A stretch of 64,000 nt of DNA from contig DASRDX010000013.1 of the NCBI GenBank assembly GCA_035652395.1, positions 3,255-67,254 on the forward strand, written 5' to 3'. Under the pieces are notes generated by a model that was not told the origin of the DNA, did not search any database, and saw only the letters and a program-made list of their open reading frames with translations. Source of the stretch: Minisyncoccota bacterium (GTDB taxonomy: Bacteria > Patescibacteriota > Minisyncoccia > Phycocordibacterales > CAJBRS01). How positions within the stretch are numbered: position 1 is the first letter of the stretch; the number at the start of each line of letters is the position of its first letter. Below, piece by piece: positions 43,890 to 54,632 of this stretch. The position numbers were made by a program, and so were the translations under genes.

Positions 43890-44528
43890 ATGGAAAAAGA
43901 TACTGTACTTGTGCATACATGTTTTCAGCACAAGAAAGGTTTTGAAAAAGATACGCCTGCAAGTCCTGAGAAATGCCGATGCCGCAAGCGTATATCATCG
44001 GAAAAAGCCGCTGAAGAAGTGAAACTCGGCTTGGCCAAATACACAGAAGTTAAAAAGACAATAGAAAAAATTGTTGTCTGCTTAAATTGTTGTTTGGACG
44101 GAAAAAGTTTCAAAAAATCTTGTAAAAATTGTTTGGGTACTGGGCGAGTCATTGTTAAAAAATTTACTAAGATTTTTGGCCCCGATATAATACGCACAAT
44201 TTCACGAGATGGAAAAAGAAACATAACTACGGTTAAAGTCAAGAAGTCTCCAACTATAGAAGCTAAGCACATTCTCAGAGCGTTGGGACTTTACGGTGGC
44301 GGCCAAAACGCGGCAAGAGAGAGATGGGAAGAGTATAATCTTCTCACCAAAAAGTGTTTTGTCCAACTTTTGACTGATTATATTAATGTTAAGGAATTCG
44401 ACCGAATATGGGCCGAGTGGATAAAATCTCCCGATGAAACTCCGTTTCCTCTTTCATTGAGATTAGAGCCAAAAAATGATTTGACAACAATGGTTGGACG
44501 GAAGTACGATTATGGCAGGTCCGTATGA
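43890..44528 (+). CDS. Hypothetical Zn-finger protein
   Basis: CRCR, CLNC, CKNCLGTG. Confidence 0.6.
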   Translation: MEKDTVLVHTCFQHKKGFEKDTPASPEKCRCRKRISSEKAAEEVKLGLAKYTEVKKTIEKIVVCLNCCLDGKSFKKSCKNCLGTGRVIVKKFTKIFGPDIIRTISRDGKRNITTVKVKKSPTIEAKHILRALGLYGGGQNAARERWEEYNLLTKKCFVQLLTDYINVKEFDRIWAEWIKSPDETPFPLSLRLEPKNDLTTMVGRKYDYGRSV

Positions 44529-44694
44529 ATGAAGATAAGACAAAAGTGAAGATTGTGGCGGATATAGCATTAAAAGAAATCAGGTCTCGTTCTTTTTCGG
44601 GCAGACACCCAGAATTGGGAAAAATGATAAAGTGTCAAATTTGCGGAACGCGCCACAGAAGCAGTAAAATTTGTAAATTTAGGTACGCAAAATA

Positions 44695-45530
44695 ATGGAT
44701 ATAATTATATATCATAATAACTGTCCAGACGGTTTTTCTGCCGCTTACGTGGCGAAAATGAAATATCCCGAAGCGGAATTATTACCATTAGACTACGGTA
44801 CGGAGCCTCCGTATAATCGAGTCTCTGGAAGAGATGTTTTAGTTGTGGATTTTTCTTGGAGAAAAAGAGAACAAAATAGAAAATTAGCCGAATTGTCGAA
44901 AAGCTTTCTTATTCTTGACCACCATAAAACCGCACAGGCGGAACTCGAAAATGAACCGTATGCTGTTTTTGACATGAATAAGAGCGGAGTCGGAATTACT
45001 TGGGATTATTTTTTAATGGGCCGCGCCCTTGGTGGGTGAATTATGTCGAAGACAGAGATTTGTGGAGATGGAAACTTCCGTATTCACGATATGTAAATGC
45101 TTTTATTATGACATTTCCGCGCTCGTTGGAAGCTTGGGACCGTCTTGTAAAATACGACGAGGAACAAGCAATTTTTATAGGAAGATACATAACTTTACAA
45201 ATAGAACATTATGTTAATGATGTAGCAAAACAATCTAAGCGAGGAAAAATTAAGGTCGGAGAAAACGAACTAGATTTGATGATTCTGAATGTCCCTTATA
45301 TAAATTGCAGTGAAGTAGGAGAAAAATTAACTGAAGAGACGGGATTAAGTTTGACTTGGTTTGAACGGGCCGACAATAAAATTCAATTTTCATTGAGAAG
45401 CAGGGGAGATTTAGACGTTAGCGAAATTGCAAGACAGTTTGGTGGCGGCGGGCATAAAAATGCCGCTGGATTCGTACTACCGATTTCGGAAGGCCGCGCT
45501 GTAATTGATGGAATTAGTTATGGCCGTTGA
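44695..45530 (+). CDS. DHH/DHHA1 phosphoesterase (frameshift in T-run 45009-45014)
   Basis: YHNNCPDG, VDFS, LDHH in one frame; EDRDLW, SLRS, GGGGHKNAAG in the next. Confidence 0.85.
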
Positions 45531-46206
45531 ACACATGTTGATAGCCGTTAAAAGCTGTCAACAGCATCAATCGTACCATCAAGCTATCAGGGATACTTGG
45601 GGCAAACAAGTATCCCGAATGGTATTTTTTATGGGTGGTTTAACGGGGGTGGTTCCCTCTTCCGATGAGGTTCTGCTTGATTGTCCTGACGATTATCTTA
45701 GTTTGCCGCTCAAGACAAAGAAAATTTTAGAATGGGCGGGAGATAGATTTGAATATATTTATCTCTGTGATAACGACACTTTTATAATACCAACACGATT
45801 AATGTCCTTGGATTATGATAGGTATGACTATTCGGGTTCAATGGATAGACACTGCCCCATAGGGCAGACAAAAGATTATAGAGACCATATAGGATATTAT
45901 CCAAATTGCCATCCTTGGGCTAGTGGTGGAGTCGGATATTTTTTGTCTAAAAAAGCAGCGCAATTTATAGCGAAGAAAACTCCCGATGTTTGGGCGGAAG
46001 ATTTATGGGTAGGCCAAGTTCTAGGTCCTGAGATACAATCGGGAAGAATGACGGCGGCTCATCTTCCCAAATTAGAAAATTATTCCGCTTGGCATTTTAA
46101 GAGAACGCGGAAATACAGATTTTATTGTCCTGAAATGATGTACCGAAGTTTTCGCTTGGGGAATCCAGATTTAATGTATAAGGAAGATAATGACAATAGT
46201 AACTAG
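45520..46206 (+). CDS. GT31-like (galactosyltransferase/Fringe-type) glycosyltransferase
   Basis: IRDTWG, DDYLSLPLKT, CDNDTF, SGGVGYFLS, EDLWVG. Confidence 0.8.
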   Translation: MAVEHMLIAVKSCQQHQSYHQAIRDTWGKQVSRMVFFMGGLTGVVPSSDEVLLDCPDDYLSLPLKTKKILEWAGDRFEYIYLCDNDTFIIPTRLMSLDYDRYDYSGSMDRHCPIGQTKDYRDHIGYYPNCHPWASGGVGYFLSKKAAQFIAKKTPDVWAEDLWVGQVLGPEIQSGRMTAAHLPKLENYSAWHFKRTRKYRFYCPEMMYRSFRLGNPDLMYKEDNDNSN

Positions 46207-47038
46207 ACTGCGGGGCGGCATTGGAAATCAAATGTTCCAATATGCTATGGGATTGGCCCAAGCAAAAAGGTGGCAGACTGATTTATTGTTGGATATTTCA
46301 TCATTTGTGGGAGATTCTTTAAGGCGTTTCAATCTTAATTTGTTTCCACGAGTGAATGAAAAAACGGTAATAGGATACGTGAAGGCCACAATTTCCGAAT
46401 CGGGCATGCCGTATAATAAAGCCATAGTTGATTCCATAAAGTGCGACGAAATTTTAAGCGGATATTGGCAAACCGAAAAGTATTTTTCTTGGGATGCGCT
46501 CGGTTCGTCCGTTCCTTTTGGGGACATAAAGCAAGATTTGTTTTCAATTTTTACTGATGTTTCTATACAAGGAGATTATTATCACAGGCTAAACCGAATA
46601 AAAAGCGTTGAAAACAGCATCGCAGTTTGCATACGCCGCACGGATTATTTGAAATCTGATTTTCACGGCGTCTTACCCGCCGAATACTACAGGACAGCAG
46701 CCAAATTTATAAATGCCGAAAATCCTACGTTTTTCGTGTTCTCTGACGAACCGAAATGGTGCGAACAAAATTTTACGAATATTATTCCCGATGTTCCGTT
46801 TGAAATCATGGGTAGCTTTGACCAAACAACGCCGGAACATTTAGGCACTGAACATTTAGACATTAATTTAATGTCTTGGTGTAGGCATCACATTATAGCT
46901 AATTCTACATTTGCTTGGTGGGGCGCATGGCTCGGAGAAATCAGACAAAAAGGAATTATTTGTGCCCCGTCCCAATGGTTCTTAAATGCGCCAGAAAATC
47001 CAAAAGATATAATTCCTGAAAGGTGGATTAAACTATGA
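46190..47038 (+). CDS. GT11 alpha-1,2-fucosyltransferase-like protein
   Basis: GGIGNQMFQY, GYWQTEKYF, IRRTDY, FSDE, ANSTFAWWGAWL. Confidence 0.9.
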   Translation: MTIVTRLRGGIGNQMFQYAMGLAQAKRWQTDLLLDISSFVGDSLRRFNLNLFPRVNEKTVIGYVKATISESGMPYNKAIVDSIKCDEILSGYWQTEKYFSWDALGSSVPFGDIKQDLFSIFTDVSIQGDYYHRLNRIKSVENSIAVCIRRTDYLKSDFHGVLPAEYYRTAAKFINAENPTFFVFSDEPKWCEQNFTNIIPDVPFEIMGSFDQTTPEHLGTEHLDINLMSWCRHHIIANSTFAWWGAWLGEIRQKGIICAPSQWFLNAPENPKDIIPERWIKL

Positions 47039-47586
47039 TTGATTTGAATAATCCTAAATTTGTGTCGTTTTTATCCCCGCAAGCTGAGTGGAAGCACGCT
47101 CTACTTATAGAATTGGGGGAAAGATTCAATCTTCAGATTCTAGTGGAAACTGGAACGTGTTATGGCGGCACAATTAATGCGGTTAAACATTGCTTTTCTG
47201 AGATACACAGTATTGAGATTCAAAAATCCATATATGATAGTGTTGTGAGACGGTTTGCGGAAGACAGACATGTTAAATTGTATCATGGTTCTAGTCGGCG
47301 TATTTTAAGAGGCGTATTATCAAATGTTCCCTCAGGACCTCTGCTATTTTGGCTAGATGCTCATATAACAGGCGGAACAACCGAAAACGACGGAGACCAA
47401 ATAAACGAGGAATTGAAAATCATTACTGAGGAACGGCCCGATTCTTTAATTGTGATAGACGACGTGAAACCTGACCGATGCAATGGATACGAAGGACCCG
47501 ATGCGGCTATTACAATACCTGAAGGTTATAAAGCTGTATTTTTACACGGCGTATTAATTGTGCACGATGGTAGATATAATATCTAA
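47035..47586 (+). CDS. Class I SAM-dependent methyltransferase-like protein
   Basis: VETGTCYG, SIE, G.S, FWLDAH, IDD. Confidence 0.75.
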   Translation: MIDLNNPKFVSFLSPQAEWKHALLIELGERFNLQILVETGTCYGGTINAVKHCFSEIHSIEIQKSIYDSVVRRFAEDRHVKLYHGSSRRILRGVLSNVPSGPLLFWLDAHITGGTTENDGDQINEELKIITEERPDSLIVIDDVKPDRCNGYEGPDAAITIPEGYKAVFLHGVLIVHDGRYNI

Positions 47587-47603
47587 TACCGGAGAAATTC
47601 TAA

Positions 47604-49235
47604 ATGAAAATTTTAGTGACGGGAAGCGGCGGATTAATTGGAGGCGAAGCAGTAGAATATTTTGGTTCTCGCGGCCACGAAATCGTAGGTGTGGACAATA
47701 ACATGCGAAAGAAGTTTTTCGGAGATTCGGCGGATATTTTATGGAATTTGCATCGCGTGGTTCATAAAGTTATCAGATATGCACATCACGAAGCCGATAT
47801 TCAGGATATGAATGCGCTGCAAAATTATGTTTTTCAAGGCGCACCATACGACGCGGTTATTCATTGCGCCGCTCAGCCTTCGCATGATTATGCCGAAAAG
47901 AATCCTGAAATAGATTACGGCGTCAACGTTCAGGGCACCAAGAATTTATTGGAATGTACGTTAAAGCATAGTCCGAACGCTGTCTTTATATTTATGAGCA
48001 CCAATAAAGTTTACGATAATGCCGTTAACAGTATGGAATTTGAAGAATTTCAAACTCGTTTTGATAAAAGAGCGTGGCGAGGATTCGATGAGACGACTTC
48101 AATCGGAGCCAATAATACATTTGGACGGCATAAACTCGAAGCAGATTTAACGGTTCAAATTTATGCGGCGAAAGGCTTAAAAACCGTAGTTCTTAGAGGC
48201 GGTTGTTTGACGGGTCCGGGGCATTCGGGTGTTGAAATGCACGGCTTTCTTTCGCACTTAATTAAAACAGCCGCTACAGACGGCGTGTATAAAATTTTTG
48301 GTTATGAAGGAAAGCAAGTTCGAGATAATATCCATTCCTATGACGTTATGCGAGCCGTGGAAGAGATAATCAAAAATCCTATAGCAGGAGAAATTTATAA
48401 TATTGGCGGAGGCAGAGGAAACAGCATATCAATACTTGAGGCCATTGCCAAGGTGGAAGGCATCATAGGAAAACCCGTAAAACGAGAATATGTAAATGTT
48501 CCTCGTTCGGGAGACCACAAATGCTACATTACGGATTTTTCCAAATTAAAAAAACATTATCCGAATTGGGGCATAACAAAGAATTTAGATTATATATTCG
48601 ATGACATATTAAGGCAGATTTATTGGGGGCAGTATTCCGACCACGAAGATACGAAAAACTATCCTCTTAATGAAAACAGTGTCGTGATAGATGTTGGTGG
48701 ATATAGAGGAGCGTTTACGGACGATATTGTAAAAAGATATAATTGTTTTGTTCACGTAATAGAACCAATAGAGGATTTTTATCATGCATGCGTTTTTAGA
48801 TTCAAAAACAATCCTAAAGTGACGCTGCATAATATAGGATTGTCGCATAAAAATGGAAATAGAACCATTGCTAGCCAAGGTCAAAACAGCAGCTTGTTTC
48901 GCGGCGGACAAAATCAACCGGAGCTTCCGCCGGACCCTGTTTACGGAAAACCCGTTCCGATAATTGCTAATGTTGTAGATGCAGCCGAATTTTTTGAACG
49001 AAACATAATTGAAGCCGATTTGATAAGTCTTAACGCAGAAGGCGCGGAGTTTGAGATATTGCCTCGTCTCATAGAAACGGGATACATTCAAAAGTGCCGA
49101 AATGTTCAAATTCAATTTCACAAATTTTACCCTAATGCCGAGATTCTTAGAGAAGCAATTAGAACAGAGCTTAGAAAAACCCATGTCGAGAGTTTCAATT
49201 ATCCTTGGGTGTGGGAGTCGTGGAAATTAAAATGA
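47604..49235 (+). CDS. NAD-dependent sugar epimerase (CDP-paratose 2-epimerase-like) fused to an FkbM-family methyltransferase
   Basis: TGSGGLIG, HCAAQPSHD, STNKVY, GKQVRDNIH; then IDVGGYRG, IEP, NAEGAEFEIL, QIQFH. Confidence 0.85.
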   Translation: MKILVTGSGGLIGGEAVEYFGSRGHEIVGVDNNMRKKFFGDSADILWNLHRVVHKVIRYAHHEADIQDMNALQNYVFQGAPYDAVIHCAAQPSHDYAEKNPEIDYGVNVQGTKNLLECTLKHSPNAVFIFMSTNKVYDNAVNSMEFEEFQTRFDKRAWRGFDETTSIGANNTFGRHKLEADLTVQIYAAKGLKTVVLRGGCLTGPGHSGVEMHGFLSHLIKTAATDGVYKIFGYEGKQVRDNIHSYDVMRAVEEIIKNPIAGEIYNIGGGRGNSISILEAIAKVEGIIGKPVKREYVNVPRSGDHKCYITDFSKLKKHYPNWGITKNLDYIFDDILRQIYWGQYSDHEDTKNYPLNENSVVIDVGGYRGAFTDDIVKRYNCFVHVIEPIEDFYHACVFRFKNNPKVTLHNIGLSHKNGNRTIASQGQNSSLFRGGQNQPELPPDPVYGKPVPIIANVVDAAEFFERNIIEADLISLNAEGAEFEILPRLIETGYIQKCRNVQIQFHKFYPNAEILREAIRTELRKTHVESFNYPWVWESWKLK

Positions 49236-49975
49236 ATCTTTCTAATATAACTATAGGCATAACATCATTTCTTCGTCACGGATATTTGCGACAATCTTTG
49301 CATGGTATCAGAATAAATTTCTCTGATTGCAGGTGGCTTGTGGCGGACGATTCAGACGTTCCGCCGCCTTTGTCTAGTGAAGAAATGGTACGTTTAAGCT
49401 TCGATTCGGGCTTAGGCGCAAAAAGAAACGCTCTAATTGAAAATACCAAGACTGAATATTTACTTCTAGCGAGCGACGATTTTGTTTTCGATGAAGAATC
49501 TAGAATGGGCGTTGAGTTACTCAAAATGACTTTAGACCGAAATCCCGAAGTGAGCGTAGCGGCAGGCAGAGTAAATGATAGACCGTATGAGGGGTTTCTT
49601 GAGTATTCTAGAGGAACTTACCTAAAAGAGATTTTGTTTGATGGCGATAAAAATCCGCTTTACAATACCGACCCCAACTGCTATAAGGTAGATATTGCAG
49701 CTAACTATTTTTTGGCGCGAACGCATCGGTTGATTCATTGGCCCGAATCAATTAAAATAGGCGGAGAGCATGGTCTGTGGTTTTTAAGAATGAAGCAGGC
49801 GGGCAGAATAGTTGTTTGGGTTCCCGGAGTGAACATACAAACACAGGAAAATAATCCTAGCAAAAAAGATTCAAGATATGATATGCTTCGTCGTAGATGT
49901 TGGGACGGCCACAATAAAATGAAGCAAATTTTGGAGATAAAGAAATACATAGATTTTTTTGGTATCGAGACATAG
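49232..49975 (+). CDS. GT2-family glycosyltransferase
   Basis: ITSFLR, VADDS, DSGLGAKRN, LASDDF, EH. Confidence 0.8.
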   Translation: MNLSNITIGITSFLRHGYLRQSLHGIRINFSDCRWLVADDSDVPPPLSSEEMVRLSFDSGLGAKRNALIENTKTEYLLLASDDFVFDEESRMGVELLKMTLDRNPEVSVAAGRVNDRPYEGFLEYSRGTYLKEILFDGDKNPLYNTDPNCYKVDIAANYFLARTHRLIHWPESIKIGGEHGLWFLRMKQAGRIVVWVPGVNIQTQENNPSKKDSRYDMLRRRCWDGHNKMKQILEIKKYIDFFGIET

Positions 49976-49982
49976 AAAAAAA

Positions 49983-50537
49983 ATGAAAACTTGGCTAATT
50001 ACTGATACTCACTTGAACCACAACAATATTAAGACCTATTGTCAGCGACCGGATGACCATACGGAACGTATTGATGCCAACATTCGTCGAATGGTGAGTC
50101 CGAATGATATTTTGATTCATTTGGGCGATATAGGAATAGGCAAAACTGACGTATTTATGCCGACTGTGCAAAAATGGCCGGGCAAGAAGTGGCTCATTCG
50201 CGGGAACCACGACACAAAATCGTGCCAATGGTATGTACAAAATGGATTCGATATGGCTTGCGACGGACTGATTTATCGCGGCGCTTGGCTTACGCATAAA
50301 CCGTGGCGAGCGCCTTTGCCTCGCGGTACTCATATCAATATTCACGGACATTTACACAATGTTTGGGATGGATTTCTTGCCGACGACCCCGAAAAACAAA
50401 AAGATGAGTTTTTTATTTCGGCCAAAAAAGGAAAACTTTTATATCCTTGGCAAAGATTGCTTGCCGTGGAGTACACCAATTATATGCCCGTAGAATTTGA
50501 TAAATTCGTGGCGAAAGGATGGGCGTGGAGAAGATGA
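49983..50537 (+). CDS. Calcineurin-like metallophosphoesterase
   Basis: DTH, LGD, GNHD, TH.P, HGHLH. Confidence 0.88.
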   Translation: MKTWLITDTHLNHNNIKTYCQRPDDHTERIDANIRRMVSPNDILIHLGDIGIGKTDVFMPTVQKWPGKKWLIRGNHDTKSCQWYVQNGFDMACDGLIYRGAWLTHKPWRAPLPRGTHINIHGHLHNVWDGFLADDPEKQKDEFFISAKKGKLLYPWQRLLAVEYTNYMPVEFDKFVAKGWAWRR

Positions 50538-51077
50538 ATGGCCGACTTTGAACCTATTGTTAGGTGGGTTCTTTTCCAAGAAGACGATAAAAAAGAACCA
50601 GGTAAAATCGTGGATTTAGGGGACGGGGCAGGATTAACTCGGCTTGGAATTACTCAGCGTTATCATGCTAATGATGTTCCTTCCGAATACTTTACTACAA
50701 TGCCGTTTGCCCAAGCCGTAGCTTACGCCAAATCGGTGTACAAGAAATTTTATTGGGTGCCCATACGAGGAGATGAAATTCAATCCGATATTGTGGCCGC
50801 TCCCGTGTTTAGTTTGGCTGTAAATAATTCTCCATCCGGTGCCGTTCGTGTTTTACAAAAAGTTTTGGACATAAAACAGGATGGAATTTGCGGACCGATT
50901 ACCATTAACACTTGTAACTCCAAACAGCCTGAAATAGTGGCTTCAATGTTTCGAGCGGAGTGGGAGGATTTTTATAGACAGATAGCCGCATATAATAATC
51001 AAAATAAATTTTTATCGGGTTGGCTTGCCAGAGTTTATTTTCCGTATCCGTCGCCCGTGCCCCAAATTTATGATTAA
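50538..51077 (+). CDS. GH108-family lysozyme (endolysin) with peptidoglycan-binding C-terminus
   Basis: DGAGLTRLGIT, YW, AVN, LQ...DGICGPIT, FLSGWLAR. Confidence 0.8.
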   Translation: MADFEPIVRWVLFQEDDKKEPGKIVDLGDGAGLTRLGITQRYHANDVPSEYFTTMPFAQAVAYAKSVYKKFYWVPIRGDEIQSDIVAAPVFSLAVNNSPSGAVRVLQKVLDIKQDGICGPITINTCNSKQPEIVASMFRAEWEDFYRQIAAYNNQNKFLSGWLARVYFPYPSPVPQIYD

Positions 51078-51322
51078 ATTTTGTTACATGTGTCGCCATA
51101 AAGGTTGCCCCAATCCTTACTTTTGGAGTTATAGCGAAAAAGGTTTGGACATTTTGATTCGCCTGCATGAGGCGGACCATTTTCTTGAAATTCAAGAAAG
51201 CATGAAAAGATATGATGAACAGAACAAATTTAAAAACAAGGATTATAATAAATTATACTGTAATTGGCAGGACATACTTTTTCTGAAGACGAGGGGAATT
51301 TCCATAGACGAGGATATTATTT

Positions 51323-51634
51323 ATGTCGGTAAAGGTAGTGAACATTAAAAAAGAGTCTTGCGATATTCCCGTGTGCCGACCCACAATTTTTGGTAATTTT
51401 ATGGGTTTTGGAAACCCTAGAAAAAACGCGGTGGAAGCCTTTGCTTTATACTTTTATTCGGAAGACGGACGTAAATTGCGAGAAAAGGCATTAAAGGAAA
51501 TACCGGAAAATGCCAAAATAGGGTGCTACTGTTCGCCGGAACCGTGTCATGCCGACATCATTGCGGGCTATTTAAATTGGAAGCGGAGCCTTCAGTTCTT
51601 TTGTTATGCCCTAAGAGGACGATTGGAGAAATAA
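51323..51634 (+). CDS. DUF4326-like protein
   Basis: RPTIFGN...GCYCSPEPCHADII. Confidence 0.8.
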   Translation: MSVKVVNIKKESCDIPVCRPTIFGNFMGFGNPRKNAVEAFALYFYSEDGRKLREKALKEIPENAKIGCYCSPEPCHADIIAGYLNWKRSLQFFCYALRGRLEK

Positions 51635-51639
51635 TAAAT

Positions 51640-51975
51640 ATGGAAGTCGAAGAGAAAGATTTTGCCTATAGTTTGGGTTTTTTGGAAGAATGGTTAAAAG
51701 GACATCCGAAACAAGTGTCGGAACATTTGAAGACCGTGGCCGATGCCATATCTTTTTATAGAAATCGGTATCAAGCTGTTAAAGATAAATTTGACGAACT
51801 AATACAAGAAAACAACCAATTAAAGAAACAATATAACGAAACCGTGGCAAGTGCCGCGAAACTTTTGGATTTTGCTCGCTCGCAGGCCGAAAGAATTTCT
51901 GAAACGGAGCAATTAATAGAAGAACAGCGGCCTTTTTATCGGGTACACAAGGAAGGGCTTGACAAGCCACAGTAA
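51640..51975 (+). CDS. Coiled-coil hypothetical protein
   Basis: GGAG RBS, heptad pattern. Confidence 0.55.
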   Translation: MEVEEKDFAYSLGFLEEWLKGHPKQVSEHLKTVADAISFYRNRYQAVKDKFDELIQENNQLKKQYNETVASAAKLLDFARSQAERISETEQLIEEQRPFYRVHKEGLDKPQ

Positions 51976-52457
51976 ATATGAGATTATTTTGAAGCAAAAG
52001 GAGGCTTTCGGCGTGATTTTTGAAATTAGTATTTATGCTCCCGGAATTTCGGATTTTCATCCAAAAACGGATGAACCGGTTCCATTCCCTCCAATTGTGG
52101 AGACTTTTGAGGCTAGTTGCAATCAAGAAGCGAAAGCAATCGCTGAAAAAATTTATGGTCAATATGGATTCGGCCATGTCGGACATTACAACATCTTCCG
52201 AGCATAATTGCTTTTCGCAAGGAAAAGGCGGAGAATATTTATTTCTCTGCTCTCGTTGTGGAGGATGTTATGCATGTAATCACCGAGCGGTATTCATTGG
52301 AAAGAAATGGTGGTGGATTTCAGGATTGACAAATAAATACGAGCGCATCATAAATGACGGCAGATTATACGAGCTTCAGGCCGTGCCTGCCCCGTTCGTC
52401 GCGGCAGGGGCGAAGATGGCGACTTAATCTGGCGCGGCCTGAGGAAATGAGGATAAT

Positions 52458-52697
52458 ATGAAAAATAAATCTGAAATTACAGAAAAGAATATTCAAACGA
52501 TGCCCGCCAAACAGCTTCGCGGTCGCTTGCGAAGGAAGGCCCGACAGAAAACGGGAGCTTTAATTGACCAAGCTTGGGCCGTTATTCTAAATGTCATTTA
52601 CGAAAATACCGCGCCTCAAAAATTTGATGACAATAATAAATTTATGAAAACCGAGGCATCGAAAAATTTTGGAACTGTAAATCCTGGAATACGATAA
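52458..52697 (+). CDS. Hypothetical protein
   Basis: GAGGA RBS. Confidence 0.55.
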   Translation: MKNKSEITEKNIQTMPAKQLRGRLRRKARQKTGALIDQAWAVILNVIYENTAPQKFDDNNKFMKTEASKNFGTVNPGIR

Positions 52698-52809
52698 TAG
52701 GAGTTTATCGCATGATGTCGAAAGCAAGAAAAGCCTTCTTCTTAATATGGTTTTTGTTAGACGTATTATTGTTTATAACTTTATATTTATTGTCATTATA
52801 TGGGATTTT

Positions 52810-53238
52810 ATGAACTTAATCAAGAAAATCATAATCATATTCGGATTGGCCTTAATAACATCGTATTTATTGGGGGCGTCTCCGAAGTACAATCTTCAAA
52901 ACGATTTCGATTATTATAACGAACAATACTTTTACGGAGCGTTGCCAAACAACACAAAAGTTATATGGTCGGATTTGTCGCGCTATAATGATATGGCTAG
53001 AATGGATAAAAGACCCGACGGCTCAGTTCTTATATCCATAGACCCTCGGCTCAATCCTGACTTAAGAGAAGCCGACATGAGTCTATTGCACGAAATGTGC
53101 CACGAGAAATTGGAATTACGCATAAACGTTCCTGCGGGTTATACGGCAATCGAATCTAGCCTAGACCCTCATGGGCCTGCCCACGAACAATGCATGATTG
53201 ATTTGGCAGAGCGACACGCTTTCCATGATTTGTGGTGA
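52810..53238 (+). CDS. SprT-like Zn metalloprotease with signal/TM segment
   Basis: YNEQYF, LLHEMCH, HGP. Confidence 0.7.
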   Translation: MNLIKKIIIIFGLALITSYLLGASPKYNLQNDFDYYNEQYFYGALPNNTKVIWSDLSRYNDMARMDKRPDGSVLISIDPRLNPDLREADMSLLHEMCHEKLELRINVPAGYTAIESSLDPHGPAHEQCMIDLAERHAFHDLW

Positions 53239-53260
53239 ATTAATTGAAATGAGATAAAAA

Positions 53261-54016
53261 ATGGAGACCCTTAATGAGTTGGCACTTTTCGCGGGCGCTG
53301 GTGGAGGAATACTTGGCGGAAAACTCCTGGGATGGAAAACTGTCTGCGCTGTTGAAATCGAACCCTACCCTGCAAGTATTCTTATCAAAAGACAGAATGA
53401 AGGATTTCTCAAATCCTTCCCTATTTGGGACGACGTTAGAAGTTTTGACGGACGACCTTGGAAAGAAATTGTTGACGTGGTTTCTGCGGGCTTCCCGTGT
53501 CAGGATATTAGTGTCGCAGGAAAAGGAGCGGGAATCTCAGGAAAACAAAGCGGCTTGTGGAAAGAAGCAGCCAGAATTGTTGGTGAAGTACGACCTGGAT
53601 TCGCGTTCTTGGAAAACAGTCCCGCGCTTACCAGTCGAGGACTCGACGTTGTTCTTGGGGACTTGGCCGAAATGGGGTACGATGCGGAATGGTGTGTGCT
53701 CGGAGGCTCCGATGTTGGAGCTTGGCATCAAAGAAAACGCATCTGGATTCTCGCTGCCGACAATAGGCAAGAACGAGTTCAAAGGTTCGTCTCGAAAAAG
53801 ATACCGTGGAAGCACAGAGTACCGTGGTGCCAAGATGTCCGAGGGATTGAGGATTTGCGAAAACGAACCGATATATACTCACCCCAACTTTGCAGAGGAA
53901 GCAATGGGGTGGCCGATTACGTGGACAGAATCTCGGCCATTGGAAACGGACAGATTCCAACAGTGGCTGCGAGCGCATTCAGTATTTTAATCAATAGATT
54001 TGTCAGGGAACGGTGA
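53261..54016 (+). CDS. DNA cytosine-5 methyltransferase, alpha chain
   Basis: LFAGAGG, GFPCQDIS, ENS, RKRIWI, AIGNGQ; motif IX absent. Confidence 0.9.
   Translation: METLNELALFAGAGGGILGGKLLGWKTVCAVEIEPYPASILIKRQNEGFLKSFPIWDDVRSFDGRPWKEIVDVVSAGFPCQDISVAGKGAGISGKQSGLWKEAARIVGEVRPGFAFLENSPALTSRGLDVVLGDLAEMGYDAEWCVLGGSDVGAWHQRKRIWILAADNRQERVQRFVSKKIPWKHRVPWCQDVRGIEDLRKRTDIYSPQLCRGSNGVADYVDRISAIGNGQIPTVAASAFSILINRFVRER
53274..53990 (+). CDS. Overlapping alternative-frame beta chain of the C5 methyltransferase
   Basis: 238 aa stop-free +1 frame nested in the MTase; carries motif IX-like HPNFAEEAMGWPITWT. Confidence 0.7.
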   Translation: MSWHFSRALVEEYLAENSWDGKLSALLKSNPTLQVFLSKDRMKDFSNPSLFGTTLEVLTDDLGKKLLTWFLRASRVRILVSQEKERESQENKAACGKKQPELLVKYDLDSRSWKTVPRLPVEDSTLFLGTWPKWGTMRNGVCSEAPMLELGIKENASGFSLPTIGKNEFKGSSRKRYRGSTEYRGAKMSEGLRICENEPIYTHPNFAEEAMGWPITWTESRPLETDRFQQWLRAHSVF

Positions 54017-54632
54017 GTATATGCTGTACTGTGAAGATTGTCGAATATACAACAATTTGAAATTACCGCCGTCCTATCCCTATGTTGACATATTTAAGGC
54101 CACGTGTGAGCTATGCCATAAGATGAAGGATTGCTACGATATTCCCGCCATTTACGCCAAACACAGATATAATTGGACGACAGAAGAAAAAATACTTGAC
54201 ACAATGCTCCAAAAAGAGTATCGTGGTAAAGCCGAGGAAATGATTATTCCTATAACAAAGGGAAAGCATGCCGGGGCCGTGAATCACGAATATACCGATA
54301 TGCTCTTAGGCGTCCTAGTGCAAGTTGAAGGTCAAATAGATTGGTTTGCAACGTATGAAATGAGAAGAAAACTCCGAGATGCGATTGTTAAAAAACAGAA
54401 AGGAGGATAGCGTGGGATTTATTGGGTTTGATAAAAACGGCGAAGCTTTGTACGACACAAAAGATGCCGCCATAGAAAGGGCACTTATGATGGCCAAATT
54501 CCGAAATTTCAAGGGAAAAATTCTAATACAAAGAAATGTTCCGATGTGGTTTGCTCATTTGGTCAAAGGCACGATATTTGAAAAATTAGGGTATAGATGT
54601 TTGAATTTGAACGAACAGAAAGGAAAACTTGC

